A stretch of 64,000 nt of DNA from Malacoraja senta. Its lineage: Eukaryota. The first letter of the stretch is position 1. Every line of letters starts with the position of its first letter. The stretch spans positions 22,384,001 to 22,448,000 of the forward strand of contig CM075989.1 of NCBI GenBank assembly GCA_038087875.1, given 5' to 3'. Of the stretch, positions 48,041 through 59,836 are shown piece by piece. The notes under the pieces were generated by a model. The model had not been told where the DNA came from. It made no database searches and saw only the letters and a list, made by a program, of their open reading frames with translations. Both the position numbers and the translations under genes were made by a program.

Positions 48041-49849
48041 TGTGTTTTACTCAATATTCCAGCATCTGCAGTACCTTGTGTTTCCTAGGATTCCTGTTAC
48101 TGTGCCGGTTGAACATGCAAACTCCGTACAGACAGCACCCGTGGCCAGGATCGAACCCGGCGTCAGACAGCAACTCTACCGCTGTCAAGGAAAGTGCAGA
48201 TGAGAATCACTCACCATTTCACGATCATGCTGCCAGGTTGTGATAGTTAACCAAAAAAGGTTCTTAAATGTGATTGACTGCACAGTGGCACAGCGGTAAA
48301 GCCACCTTGTGTTCATCGGTTGCAATCCGAGCAATACACAGGCAAAATCAGACTTAACGCCGCAGAAAATAAACCATTAATTCAAATACGCGATTGAGTT
48401 TCCTGTACATTTTAATGTTCTTTTTTCCAAACAGGGACAGATGGGTGGCAGGGATACTGGTGCCTGTAAGGAAATTGAAACCCCAGTGTGGGTTTTGAGG
48501 CTTGGGTCAGTGGTGCAGCAGGCCACTTAGTAACATTTGTGTAATCTGACTGTTTTCATACAGAGTAGCCTTCTACAAGCTTTAGGAGCCGGTACTAATA
48601 GTGAAGACCTGTTCTTTGCCTCTGAGCTTTAGACAGTCAGGCTCTTGGGGAAACAACAGAAAGCCATTAACTAACCACAGTATTATCTTGATCCATGGGA
48701 GAAATGAGGTATAGACAGCTAATGAACTAACCTTAACATTTCAAACTGAGTGTCCCATTGGGATTTTCCCAAGAACAAACAGTGTGACAGATCAACCTCT
48801 GATCCCTAAATCAAGGGAAAAGGTTATTCACTGCCTCGAAAGAATTCTGGGATTGCTGTCTCTCTCACTCTCTGTGATAGTATTCCCTCTTTTTTTTTTG
48901 TAGCCAAATTTGGGAAAAGCTTGCTCGGGAAAAGCTGCTCGGTTCAAAGCTGCTAGTCGAAGGTTTGCGCGACCTAGCGCGAAGGCTATTTAGCAAATGA
49001 CGGCAGTACACTGTGCATAATTTTGCCTCAGTCCTTGTCACACAAGATACACTTTAACGTGCGGCAACCATTTGCTAATTATGTTGGATTTTCATGTGCT
49101 AAAATGGAGATGGTATTTTGAAGGCATAGGCACATTGCGGTGTTAAGGATCGAAGAGATTACCAAATTATCTTGGCGATATTATAAATAAATAATGGTAT
49201 TAAATAGCTCTTATAAATAGCATTGTAAAAATAGACCTGGTATTGTTAACGTACCACTGGAAGACAATAATAACATTTTTGTGTGCAGCAATTTCTATTA
49301 CGTGATTGACAATAAGCCCCAAAGAGAGTTGGCTCATTAAAAGAGAAAGGGCAGACTGCTTTGAGTCAGCTGCTTAATAAGAATATCTTCTGTTGTTACA
49401 CTGTGAAACAAAGCAATGGCTTGCTGGTTGGATGCCTCAGTGCTACTCTCACTGAGTTCAGTGTATGAGAAGCATGTGCTATCTTCCACAATCGGCCCAC
49501 CATTAAGCTTTCAAAAACAAAACATGTCATTTCTGACGTTGTCATGTTTTGTCGAGATTTTGCCACCTCGGGAAAATTAGAGCAGAAGCTAAGGAGGTGA
49601 AGTTGGGATTGATGTTGGCTGTGCTCAAAGAGCGATCCTTCTCTCCAGAGATTCTGCCCGTCCCGCTGAGTTACTCCAGCATTTTGTGTCTACCTTCGGT
49701 GTAAACCAGCATCTGCAGTTCCTTCCTGCATATTTTGTGCGCTCCAAGAACGTTTGGACTGCATGTTACACGGACACTGTTGGTATTGAGCCAGGTTGGG
49801 AGGAAATGGGTGACTATCCCTGTGAAACAATTCCTTCCCCATCCACACC

Positions 49850-50135
49850 CTTGGACAGGGAAGGTTTAGAGGGATATGGGCCAAACACGGCAAAAATGGG
49901 ACTAGCTTAGATGGGATATCTTGTGTAAATTGGGCCGAAGGGCCTATTTTTGCATTGTTTCCATCCATGACATTCAATGACCTGTCAATGATGGGTATCA
50001 GAGGTTATGGAGAGAAGGCAGGAGAATGGGGTTAGGAGGAAGAGATAGATCAGCCATGATTGAATGGCGGAGTAGACTTGATGGGCCGAATGGCCTAATT
50101 CCACTCCTATCGCTTATGACCTTATGACTCTATGA
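49850..50135 (+). mobile_element. Two tandem CR1 3' tails (different subfamilies)
   Basis: ggtttagagggatatgggccaaac.. then ttatggagagaaggcaggagaatgggg.. Confidence 0.8.
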
Positions 50136-50871
50136 CCCTTCAGACGCAGAATCCTGGCCCTGCATATCGTTTATGAGGATGTGGTAACATTTTCTTTCGC
50201 AGTGTGCGGGGATCGCTGGTCGTTGCGGACTCGGTGGGAAGAATGGCCTGTTTCCACGCTGTATCTCTGAACTAAACTACACTAAACTAGTAATCTGAAA
50301 AGTCTCCTCTTGGCCATGATGTTAATTGGAGATAGACACAAAATGCTGGAGTAACTCAGCGGGACAGGCAGCATCTCTGGAGAGAAAGAATGGGTGCTGT
50401 TTCCGGTCGAGACCTAGCTATTTGGAGTCCTGCCTGCAATCTCTGGTTAATATAGCATTGTCTGGCATGGGTATTACGAAAAGTATCAAACCAGTATTTA
50501 ACCCTCTATTAACTTTTCAGAAAACATTCATCTGGTTCTTATTACTTTGCTGTCCATGTGAATTTGTTGTGTACAAATTGGCTGCGATATTTATAACATT
50601 AAACAGAAACTTTGCAGAAGTATTTCATTATTTTTACTGCCTTACAACACAGGTTCCCACTGGGAACATGAAATTGCTATTTACCCTGGAATCTTCTATA
50701 TTAATCCACTATTTTTATTTCTTTATAAGATAGAACTGAATAAGACACAAATATACACACCAGTCATTTCCTTTTTTTTTGTTGGCAGCGCTTTTTACAG
50801 ATGCTTGTACAATCCAAAGAATTCAATTTGGACATCTTCAGATTAAGTACTGAACTAAATCTACAGGGATA

Positions 50872-50964
50872 CAAACATAAAGCTGGAGTAACTCAGCGGG
50901 ACAGGCAGCATCTCTGAAGAGAAGGAATGGTTGATGTTTCATGTCGAGACCCTTCTTCAGACTG
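50872..50964 (-). mobile_element. Solo PLE pseudo-LTR unit with 14-bp flanking direct repeat
   Basis: aatctacagggata at 50858-50871 and 50965-50978; a second minus PLE unit with UTR follows at 50986-51225. Confidence 0.85.
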
Positions 50965-51380
50965 AATCTACAGGGATATCTTGTCGACACAAGGAACTAC
51001 AGATGCTAGCTTAGAAAAACGACACAAAGTGCTGGAGTAACTCAACGGGTCAGGCAGCATCTCTGGCGGACATGGATAGGCAATATTTAGTGTCGGTACC
51101 CTTCTTCGGACTGATTGTAGTAAGGAGGAGAAAGCTGGAAGAGTGATGGGGGTGGACAGGACAAAGCCAGGCAAGTGATAGGTGGATACAGGTGAGGGTG
51201 GGTGTTGACGGGCAGGTGGGTAGACATAGGGTAGTGATGGGAAATATTTATTGTGTTTAATTGGCACGTGCGCACTGCACAGTGAAGTTCTTTTTTGCAT
51301 AACCCACAAATGCACAGTCACCATATTTTGATGTCCGAGGTCCACAGTCCTCATGAGTCATTGTCCTGGATTGCCCGCCA

Positions 51381-51520
51381 CCAAGGTAAGGCCAGGTAAG
51401 GACAGGTACGCCCAGGTAATCCCAGGTAAACTCAGGTAAGCCCAGGTAATCCCAGGTACGGCCAGGTAAGGACAGGTAAGGCCAGGTAAACCCAGGTAAA
51501 CCCAGGTAAGCCCAGGCCAG
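51381..51520 (+). repeat. Minisatellite, 10-bp unit (consensus cccaggtaag)
   Basis: 13 units containing AGGTA plus 1 degenerate unit. Confidence 0.95.
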
Positions 51521-51848
51521 CCCCAGGCTGCAGCAGGGTCTCCTCCGTTGCCCACGACCAGAGTAATTGTTTCTATTCAGCAGTTGGAGGGATAACATTA
51601 ATTGGTCCCCTCACCACAGTGACCCTCGGTCCTATGACCTAAAAAAAAACTCACATCATCAGATCATAGACAGTGCTGCCTAGCAGAGCAACCTTTACAG
51701 TACAGGTTGATGTAGCGTTTTGATGCCTGCTGCTTCTGTCAGTGCATTGTTAAGGCATGTTGGTTAATTGGTCCTTCACAATGTATCTCCAGAGAATAGA
51801 GCTTCAGACCTTAATAACAAATCTGTTGTATTGGACAGTGACAAAGAA

Positions 51849-51920
51849 AGTACAGACACTCCTCCTCTTACGCAATAGGCGACTTATGTAAACTCGCACT
51901 TATGTAAGCACGTCTGTACT
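51849..51920. mobile_element. Possible Tigger/pogo-like DNA transposon remnant or mini-MITE
   Basis: TA-cagac..gtctg-TA ends (9-bp inverted agtacagac/gtctgtact) and three internal cttaYg motifs. Confidence 0.35.
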
Positions 51921-51964
51921 CAGTACCTAATGGAAGGCAGTTTGTAATCTCCACAATGCTGTAC

Positions 51965-52398
51965 GATGCAGGAAAAATGTTCCCATGTTGGTGGAGTCAG
52001 GTAAGGCGAGGCAAGCCCAGGTAAAGCCAGGTAAACACAGGTAAACCCAAGGTAGGCCCAGGTAAGCCCCAGGCTGCTGTAGGGCCTCCTCCAGGGGGTC
52101 ACAGTTTAAGAATATGGGGTAGGCCATTTAGGACTGAGACGAGGAAAAACGTTTTCACCCAGAGAGATGTGAATCTGTGGAATTCCCTGCCACAGAAGGC
52201 AGTGGAGGCCAATTCACTGGATGTTTTCAAGAGCGAGTTAGTTATACCTTTTAGAGCTAACAGAATCAAGGAATATGGGGAGAAAGCAGGAACGGGGTAC
52301 TGATTTTGAATGATCAGCCATGAACATATTGAATGGCAGTGGTGGCTCGAAGGGCCGAATGGCCTACTCCTGCACCTATTTTCTATGTTTCTATGTTC
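51965..52398 (+). mobile_element. CR1 3' fragment interrupted by the 10-bp minisatellite cassette (51998-52092)
   Basis: gatgcaggaaaaatgttcccatgttggtggagtc | insert | agggggtcacagtttaagaata. Confidence 0.88.
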
Positions 52399-52824
52399 AC
52401 TCAAGTTCACATCTGTAACAAGCCAGCAATGGCGGCAGTGCTTGCCCAGAAGGCCATGGGCCGCAGAAGGTGCCCTGGACGCAGCCAGTCACCACTGAGA
52501 CAGTTAATACTCTGTGTGTAGGGAGGAACTGCAGATGCTGGTTTAAACCGAAGACAGGCACAAAAAGCTGGAGTAACTCAGCAGGTCGGGCAGCGTCTCT
52601 GGAGAGAAGGAATAGGTGACATTTCTGGTCGAGACCCTTCTTCAGACATTCAGTGAGTTATTTTGACCAGAAGATGGGGATGGTGATTCTGATTTACATA
52701 AAATCTGACTGACGTAAGAGTTGATGGAACGTGACCCTTACTTAAGTCAAGGAGACCCTGGATGTGGTTCACATGTACTGCTTGATATTCCAAATTCCAA
52801 ATTGAAATCTTTGATTTGATATTA

Positions 52825-53175
52825 GATATGTGCATAAAATCATGAGAGGAATAGAACAGGTAGGCACACAAAGTCTCTTGCCCAGAGCTGGGGAAATCGA
52901 GAACCAGAGGACATAGGTTTTTGGTGAGTGGGGAAAGACTTAATAGGAACCTGATAATTCCCCTTTTGCACACAAAGTGTGGTGGGTGCATGGAACGAGC
53001 TGCCGGAGGAGGCAGTTGAGGCAGGGACTATCGTAACGTTTAAGAAATAGACAGGTACATGGATAGGACAGGGATATGTGCCAAACGCAGGCAGGCGGGA
53101 TTAGTGTAGATGGGGCATGTTGGCCATTGTGGGCAATTTTGGCCAAAGGGCCGGTTCCATGCTATATGACTCTAT
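52825..53175 (+). mobile_element. CR1 3' fragment
   Basis: Homologous to 22718-23068. Confidence 0.85.
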
Positions 53176-54294
53176 TTACAGCAGCTGATGAATGTTTGCC
53201 TTAAAAAATGAATGTCTTACAAATAATTTAAAAAAACTAGATGTGTATGGTAATAGCCACAATGACTGTCAGCCAAGGTGTTGTATTTATTAATAGTGTC
53301 ATTGTAAGGTGGAGTTGGTAACGTTACATTTTCATTCTCTGAAAACAGGACTTTGGCAGACGTAAGGTTGAATACTTATTTCTGATCAATGGGGGCAAAA
53401 TTAGGTTCACAATCAAGCCAATGCCGTTTGTGAGCGCATGTTCCAAAGCAAATAATATTACCCCACCAAAACAAAATTAGCATTCTCAACACCAATCAAG
53501 GCAGTAAAATCTTGTTGCTGTTATGTGGATAAACTTGTAGCCTTTCTGGGTTTAAGATTTAATCTTCAGGTCACTTTTGTTCAAATCGCAATGGGACCTG
53601 ATGCGTTTTGTTTGAACAAAAGCCCAGTGACAGCTGCTCTGGACGGCTTCATTCAACTTTGAAATCTTAGCTATTTTTGTGGACATCCCAGAACAGGATG
53701 ATTAATGAATTCACTTGAGTAACAAGAAGATACAGCTACTGACCCATAGTTTTAGTGCAGGTATTGATGTGAAACTAATGAGAAACCTGAGGCTTGGATC
53801 TGGCCAGTTTATTCCAATTACTAAACAACTTATCACAATTAAGAATTAATAGCTTTCGATCCTTACTTTAATGCTGACACAATGCTGATTTTTAGAGGAA
53901 TTACGAAAAAGTTCCCAAATATGAACTTTCAGGGGATAATTTTGCAAAGCGATATATGATATCATATTATCAATAAACATTGCATCTTGCAGGGGCGACA
54001 CTTGGCTCAGCAGATGCATAGTGCTAGCCGAGAGCATGATGTGATAATATTGTTATTGCTTTGAACAAATCTTAGGTAATTCATCTTGGGTGGGATGAAA
54101 GATGCATGGTAGACAGCATTGCTTGAAATCTTTAAGCCGTTCCTGCAATAAATGGCATTGCAGGTTATTTAAATGGTTAAAGCCTCCTTTGAGAATTGCA
54201 AAGTAGTCAACGATGTTTGGCATCTGTAAACGTGATGTTGCGGTAAATGGTTAAGGACGTAATTAGACTTTAAAGGAGGGAAGCTTGACTGATG

Positions 54295-54565
54295 CTGAGG
54301 ACTGTAACGTCCAGGTTCAGGAACAGCTTCTTCCCTACAGCCATCAGGCTATCAAACACAACAACAAATAAGCTCTGAGCTCTAAACTGCAAAATACTAT
54401 ATTATTATTCGACTATATTTGTTATTTATTGAACTTTTTCTTATTTTTTCTATTCCCCTGTTATGTACTATGTTTACATATTCACATATTCTGTTGTGCT
54501 GTAGCAAGTAAGAATTTCATTGTCCCATCCGGGACATATGACAATAAAACCCTCTTGACTCTTGA
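54295..54565 (+). mobile_element. Rex1/Babar 3' end (second subfamily)
   Basis: aggttcaggaacagcttcttccctacagccatcagg (RFRNSFFPTAIR) and ..atgacaataaa..cttgact tail. Confidence 0.75.
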
Positions 54566-54764
54566 AAAGGGGGATTTGTTTGCTTGTTCATCTGAGCCCC
54601 TGAATTAGATAAGGCAATCAGTACCTAATAGAAGCCAGTTTTTTTTACGAAGTTGAGATCTGAATGGGTGTGTACTCCACATATCTTGGAGTATATGAAG
54701 ATAGCCACAAAATGCTGGAGTAACTCAGCGGGACGGGCAGCATCTCTGGAGAGATGGAATGGGT

Positions 54765-54792
54765 GACGTTTCGGGTCGAGACCCTTCTTCAG
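54765..54792 (-). ncRNA. Minimal hammerhead ribozyme motif (PLE unit 54699-54793)
   Basis: Exact reverse complement of ctgaagaagggtctcgacccgaaacgtc. Confidence 0.6.
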
Positions 54793-55559
54793 GCAGTATG
54801 TGTATGGTTTTGTGCTCCATGTAAAGAGAAGACTAGTCAGGTTCAAGAATAGATGCAGCACAAACTCGTCAGGATTTATTTTGTACAAAAAAGGACTAAC
54901 ATGAGGGGGGAAATAAATCTGGGACTCTCCACATTGCAATGGAATTAATGATGCCACGTTCCTCTATTGTAAATGGATTGATTGTAATCATGTATTGTCT
55001 TTCTGCTGACGCAACAAAAAGCCTTTCACTGTACCTTGGTACAGGTGACAAAAAACTAAACAAAACTAAACTCTCTGTTGAGAGCTCAACAATGGTAATC
55101 TTCTCCACTCATTACTGGGCAGTTGTGCTAGGTGGATGGAGGTAAAATGGAATCAGATTTCTTCCTTTACTATTGATTGCGTGGGCATCTGTCTCCTGAG
55201 CAGCTTAGGATCAAGTGAGATCTTTTGAGAACATTTGCCATTTTTATTTCTTTTAGAAACTGGAGCGATCTGCTCCTGGAACACTGGACTTCAGCATTTT
55301 GAAGGGCGATGAAGCTTCAAGGTGATGCTCCTTCAATGACTTCCTCTCAGCCAAGAGGCCAGGTGCACGGTAGTAAAGATAGACACAAAATGCTGGAGTA
55401 ACTCAGCGGGATAGGCAGCATCTCTAGGCAGCATGGAGAGAAGGTGTGGGTGACGTTTCTGGGTCGAGACCTTTCTTCAGGAACTATTTTGATTGTCTAA
55501 TTCTTACTCCAATCTTTAATGACAAGATAGGAAATAGTCACAATCTGACCCAGCTATGC

Positions 55560-55890
55560 AGTGTCAAGTCAAGTCAAGTCAGGTTTATTCGTCACATACG
55601 CATACGAGATGTGCAGTGAAATGGAAAAAGTGGCAATGCTTGTGGATTGTGCAAAAAAACCACAAACAGAATGGAACAGAATCACATATTCACATATTAC
55701 ATATTTGTGGGGGGAAGAAACAAGAAAAAAACAGCAATTTTAAAAAGACACAACACAACAGTAAATTGGTTCAGTAAGTGAGTCCCTGGTGAGATAGGAG
55801 TTTACAGTCCTAATGGCCTCTGGGAAGAAACTCCTTCTCATCCTCTCCGTTTTCCCAGCATGGCAACGGAGGCGTTTGGCTGACCGTATG
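55560..55890 (-). mobile_element. LINE 3' end, probably Rex1/Babar
   Basis: (ttgac)n tail; minus strand agtttcttcccagaggccattagg (SFFPEAIR). Confidence 0.65.
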
Positions 55891-56112
55891 GTTTATTGTG
55901 GTTCATTCCACAAGTCAATCTGTAACATGCATTTTACCAAAGAACCATAATAACAAGTATTATTTATTCGCTCCAATAATATGTTCTTCAACACCTTCTC
56001 TTGCTGCACCCTCTCTGTGATTCGGGCTTTGATCTATCTTTTATTAATCTTTCATTAATCTGTTCCATGGAGTTTTTCATATCTTTCGGTCTCCTCTCCC
56101 TTGACTCTCAAT

Positions 56113-56140
56113 CTGAAGAAGGGTCTCGACCGGAAACGTC
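56113..56140 (+). ncRNA. Minimal hammerhead motif (PLE unit 56020-56210)
   Basis: ctgaaga-a-gggt(ctcg)accg-gaaa-cg-tc; one stem II mismatch. Confidence 0.5.
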
Positions 56141-59100
56141 ACCTATTCCTTTTTTCTGGAGGTGCTGCCTGACCCGTTGAGTTACTCCAGCATTTTGCGT
56201 CAATCTTCGGCTCCACTTACCAACAGTTACTACCTTTAGTAGCAAGAACCCTCCGCTGATCATTGAAACATTACATTTTTTACATTTTGCAGCTAGAACT
56301 TATGAAGTTTTTCTTTTGTTAACTATGATAAAGTTTGATTGAACCATCACTGTTATTAATATTGTATTAATGTTTTTTTCGTTCATCTTAAAAAAAAAAC
56401 CTCTGTTAAAGTAACAGATAGGGAATTCAATATGAATGCATTAAAGCTTTAATGTGGTCAGATCATTTTTGGTAACTTCTACCCACCTAATATTTGAGTC
56501 ATACAGCATGGAAACAGGCCCTTCAGCCCAGCGTGCCCATGCCGACCAAGATACCCATCAACTGTACACTAGTCCCACCTGCCCATGTTTGGCCCATATC
56601 CCTCTAAACCTGTTCTATCCTTGTATCTGTCCAACATTAACATTACTTACCTCCTGCAATTATTTTAAAATTCATTAGACAACTTAAATAAATACAAGGT
56701 AGACACAAAATGCTGGAGTAACTCAGCGGGTGAGGCAGCATCTCTGGAGATGAGGAATGGGTGACGTTTCGGGTCGAAACCCTTCTTCCTGACTGCATGC
56801 TTTTGATGGTGTGTCTGGAAAGGTTTGCAAGGGTCATTGGAGACATTCTGAATTTGCTCAAACTCCTGAGGAAGTGGAGGCGTTGGGGCGCGTTTGGCTG
56901 AAGTTGAATCAAAGTGCCAGGTGAAAGGATGAACAGAGCAACCTTTTACAGCCAAGTAAGCAAGTAACAAAACACAACATAAAAATGCCATATAATTTCC
57001 AATCCTTGTGTATGTATTTCTTTCAATGCAATATATGTTAGCTTTGTAATTTATTAGTGGCTGGCTGATCTTAACGCAATGAATGAAAGTGCAGGTAAAT
57101 AAGCCAGGAGCCGATGGACTGAATATCCATGAGCAGAATGCTGGAGTTTGAAATGGCAATGTTAACAAATTGAAGTTCAATGTTTTCACTACTCACTACC
57201 TTTCAGGGGTTTTGGAAGCCACAGATAGCTCTTTGTAAATTGTAATAGTTACGAATGTTGTCATCTTGGGAGTTTGATTTCTCCAACAAAGCTCCAGAAT
57301 CCTGTTGTTGATGTGTTTGTCGGGCGGGGGGGATAATGACTCGCATTTGATTTGTGAAATAGTTCAGCCGCAGAGGAGAGAGGAACAAAAGGAGAGCTCG
57401 CGTTGTGCAATTTGAGGCAGGAATCCCGCGGTGATAAAGGTCTCTGGTGCAGACATTATTTTAGGATAAAATGCTAATAATGGTTTGAGGCTCAGCCTTT
57501 ACTTTGTGCTGGTACTGGGCTGAAAGTTTGCTATTTTCCATTAAGGTTTGCAAACCATTCAACATTATTGGTGCATTATCTCCAAGGAACTGGGTTGGAT
57601 CAATATTGTATTCTCTCTCCCCCATCAGCACCCAGTAGGGGAAGGCAAATGCTGCACTGTGGATTTCAGCACCTGCAAGAACAAATCAATAATCTTGACA
57701 GAGGCAAGCTTTGTTCTATCACAGACACTAGATGTTCGCTGTGCTGTACATGATTGCTTACCAGGTTTGTTTTCTCTTGTGTTATACAGTATGACAAATC
57801 TCCACCCTCTGTCTCTTTCCCCTAATGGCATCAATATAATTGCCTTGACAATAAAGAGCACGGAAAACACACATCTCTTTTGTAAGTTTTTCTATCTTTT
57901 TAAATAACTCCATCAGCCTGACTGCACGTGCAACTTTCTTTTAATATAAGAAATAATTATATCTTGTTAAATTTATGTGTTGTTTTGTGATTACTTTCAG
58001 AGCTGAGACCCACTATTAAGCATTTAAACATCAGTTCAAAAAATAAGACTTACTTTAAAGATAACAAATTTAAGTGAAATGAAGCCTTGCTGTTGTGTTA
58101 TTCTGTGGTCAGAGGGACATTGCTAGTTGATAATGTTGAATCAATGGCCTTACTGTTATTTTGACAAAGTATTTATGCTAAGAAGCCAATACAGAAACTT
58201 GATTTAAATGCAATGCCAACTACATAGTGCTTTGATTCCTGCTTCAACTTCATTTACTTCCAATTAAGACACCATCGACATAAAACCAGTAAATATTGGA
58301 CATACTCAACAGGCCTGGAAGCATCTGTGGTGAGAAATGCAGTTATTGTTGAAGGTCATTGACTCGTTAGTCAAATATTATTGACAACCTAACTGTGGCA
58401 TGTAGATAATAGAGTCATAGTCCTAGAGTTGTGGTGTCGTACAGCATGAAAACAGGCCCTTCGGCCCAACTTGCCCACACCGAACAAGATGCCCCATCTA
58501 CACTAATCCCACTGGCCCATATCCTTCTAAATCTTTCCTATTCATCTACCTGTCCAAATGTTAAATGTCTTAATATCAAAGCTATGCACATACGCCGTAA
58601 AAAGGTTTTGAGGATGAATTATTGAGGATGAATTATTACACATGTGAGTTTTGAGGGTTCTGAATGGCACACTCTTTCACAAATGGGCAGGTGGTGGTGA
58701 CAGGCTGGGCCAGGCGGTTGTTTACACAATTTGTGCAGATCCACTGTTGGGTTTATGTTCAAGTTTATTATTACCATTTGTACCAAGGTACAGGTATAGC
58801 ATGCTATCCAAAGAGATCGGATATACCGTACAGATATACAATCAAACGCAAGTACAATGGATAGAGTCGAGGGGAAGATACAGAGTGCAGAAGATACATT
58901 CTCCGCATTGTAGTGCATCAGTTCCACTGACAAAGTCCAATGTCCATAATAAGGTAGAATTGAATTGGACGGTACCCTGGGTTATGGAAGGACTGTTCAG
59001 AAGCCTGATAGCAGAGAGGAAAAAGAGGGGAAGGACACCCGAGTCTGGTGGTGAACGCATTCACGCTTCTGTACCTTCTGCTGGATAGGAGCAGGAAGAA

Positions 59101-59399
59101 GGAGGGTTGGACAAGTCAAGTTAGATGAAGCATCTTGGTTGGTATGGCCGAGTTGGGCTGAAGGACCCAGCTCCGCACTGTAGGACTCTATGCCTCTACA
59201 TCGAGAAGTCCTAATCCAGAAGCACTGGCCAGTGCCTTCACCACATGGACCGAGTGTTTCAAAAAGGAGCAATTTGCGGTGAGCAACAAATTATTAGAAT
59301 CGTCGGGGCTGTATGTGAATAAATGTGAAAGAAAATAATGTTGCAATCTTTCTGCGGGAAATCGGGCCGCTCTTTGTGTGGAATCTAATAAAAGGCTTC

Positions 59400-59630
59400 A
59401 TAAGGTTATGTTCATAAGTGCTAGGAGCAGAATTAGGTCATTCGGCCCATCAAGACTTCTCCGCTATTCAATCATGGTTGATCTTTCTTTCCCTCCTAAC
59501 CCCATTCTCCTCCCCATAATCCCCGACACCCGTACTAATCAAGAATCTATCTATCTCTGCATTAAAAATATCCATTGACTTGGCCTCCACAGCCTTCTGC
59601 GGCAAAGAATTCCACAGATTCACCACCCTG
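59400..59630 (-). mobile_element. CR1 3' fragment
   Basis: Homologous to 785-985 and 13895-14170. Confidence 0.85.
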
Positions 59631-59650
59631 CTTCATTTTTCTTTACATTT

Positions 59651-59835
59651 AGTCAAGTCAAGTCAAGTCAAGTCACATTTATTTATATAGCACATTTAAA
59701 AAATAACTCTCGTTGGCCAAAGTTTTTTACATTTGTTATAAGAATAGCACAACAAAACAAACTACATACATATATACATGTAGCCCTCACTCAGAGGACG
59801 TCAGGAAAGGCTTGGGAGTATAGATAAGTCTTTAA
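59651..59835 (-). mobile_element. L2-clade LINE 3' end (continuation of 63065-64000)
   Basis: Minus strand LKTYLYSQAFPDVL*, UTR, aataaa and (ttgac)n tail. Confidence 0.8.
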
Positions 59836-59836
59836 T

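Noticed and set aside
48912..48952. Short triple repeat gggaaaagc(t)tgctc after a strong acceptor
   Set aside because: Small slippage duplication; weak donor and unrecognisable peptide.
51381..51520. CRISPR-like array or repetitive protein ORF (51257..51598)
   Set aside because: 10-bp units with no spacers, eukaryotic context, no cas genes; the ORF is a translation of the minisatellite.
56640..56670. Minus-strand 3-nt microexon (tgcag|GAG|gtaagt)
   Set aside because: No pyrimidine tract and squeezed between CR1 and PLE insertions; likely chance.
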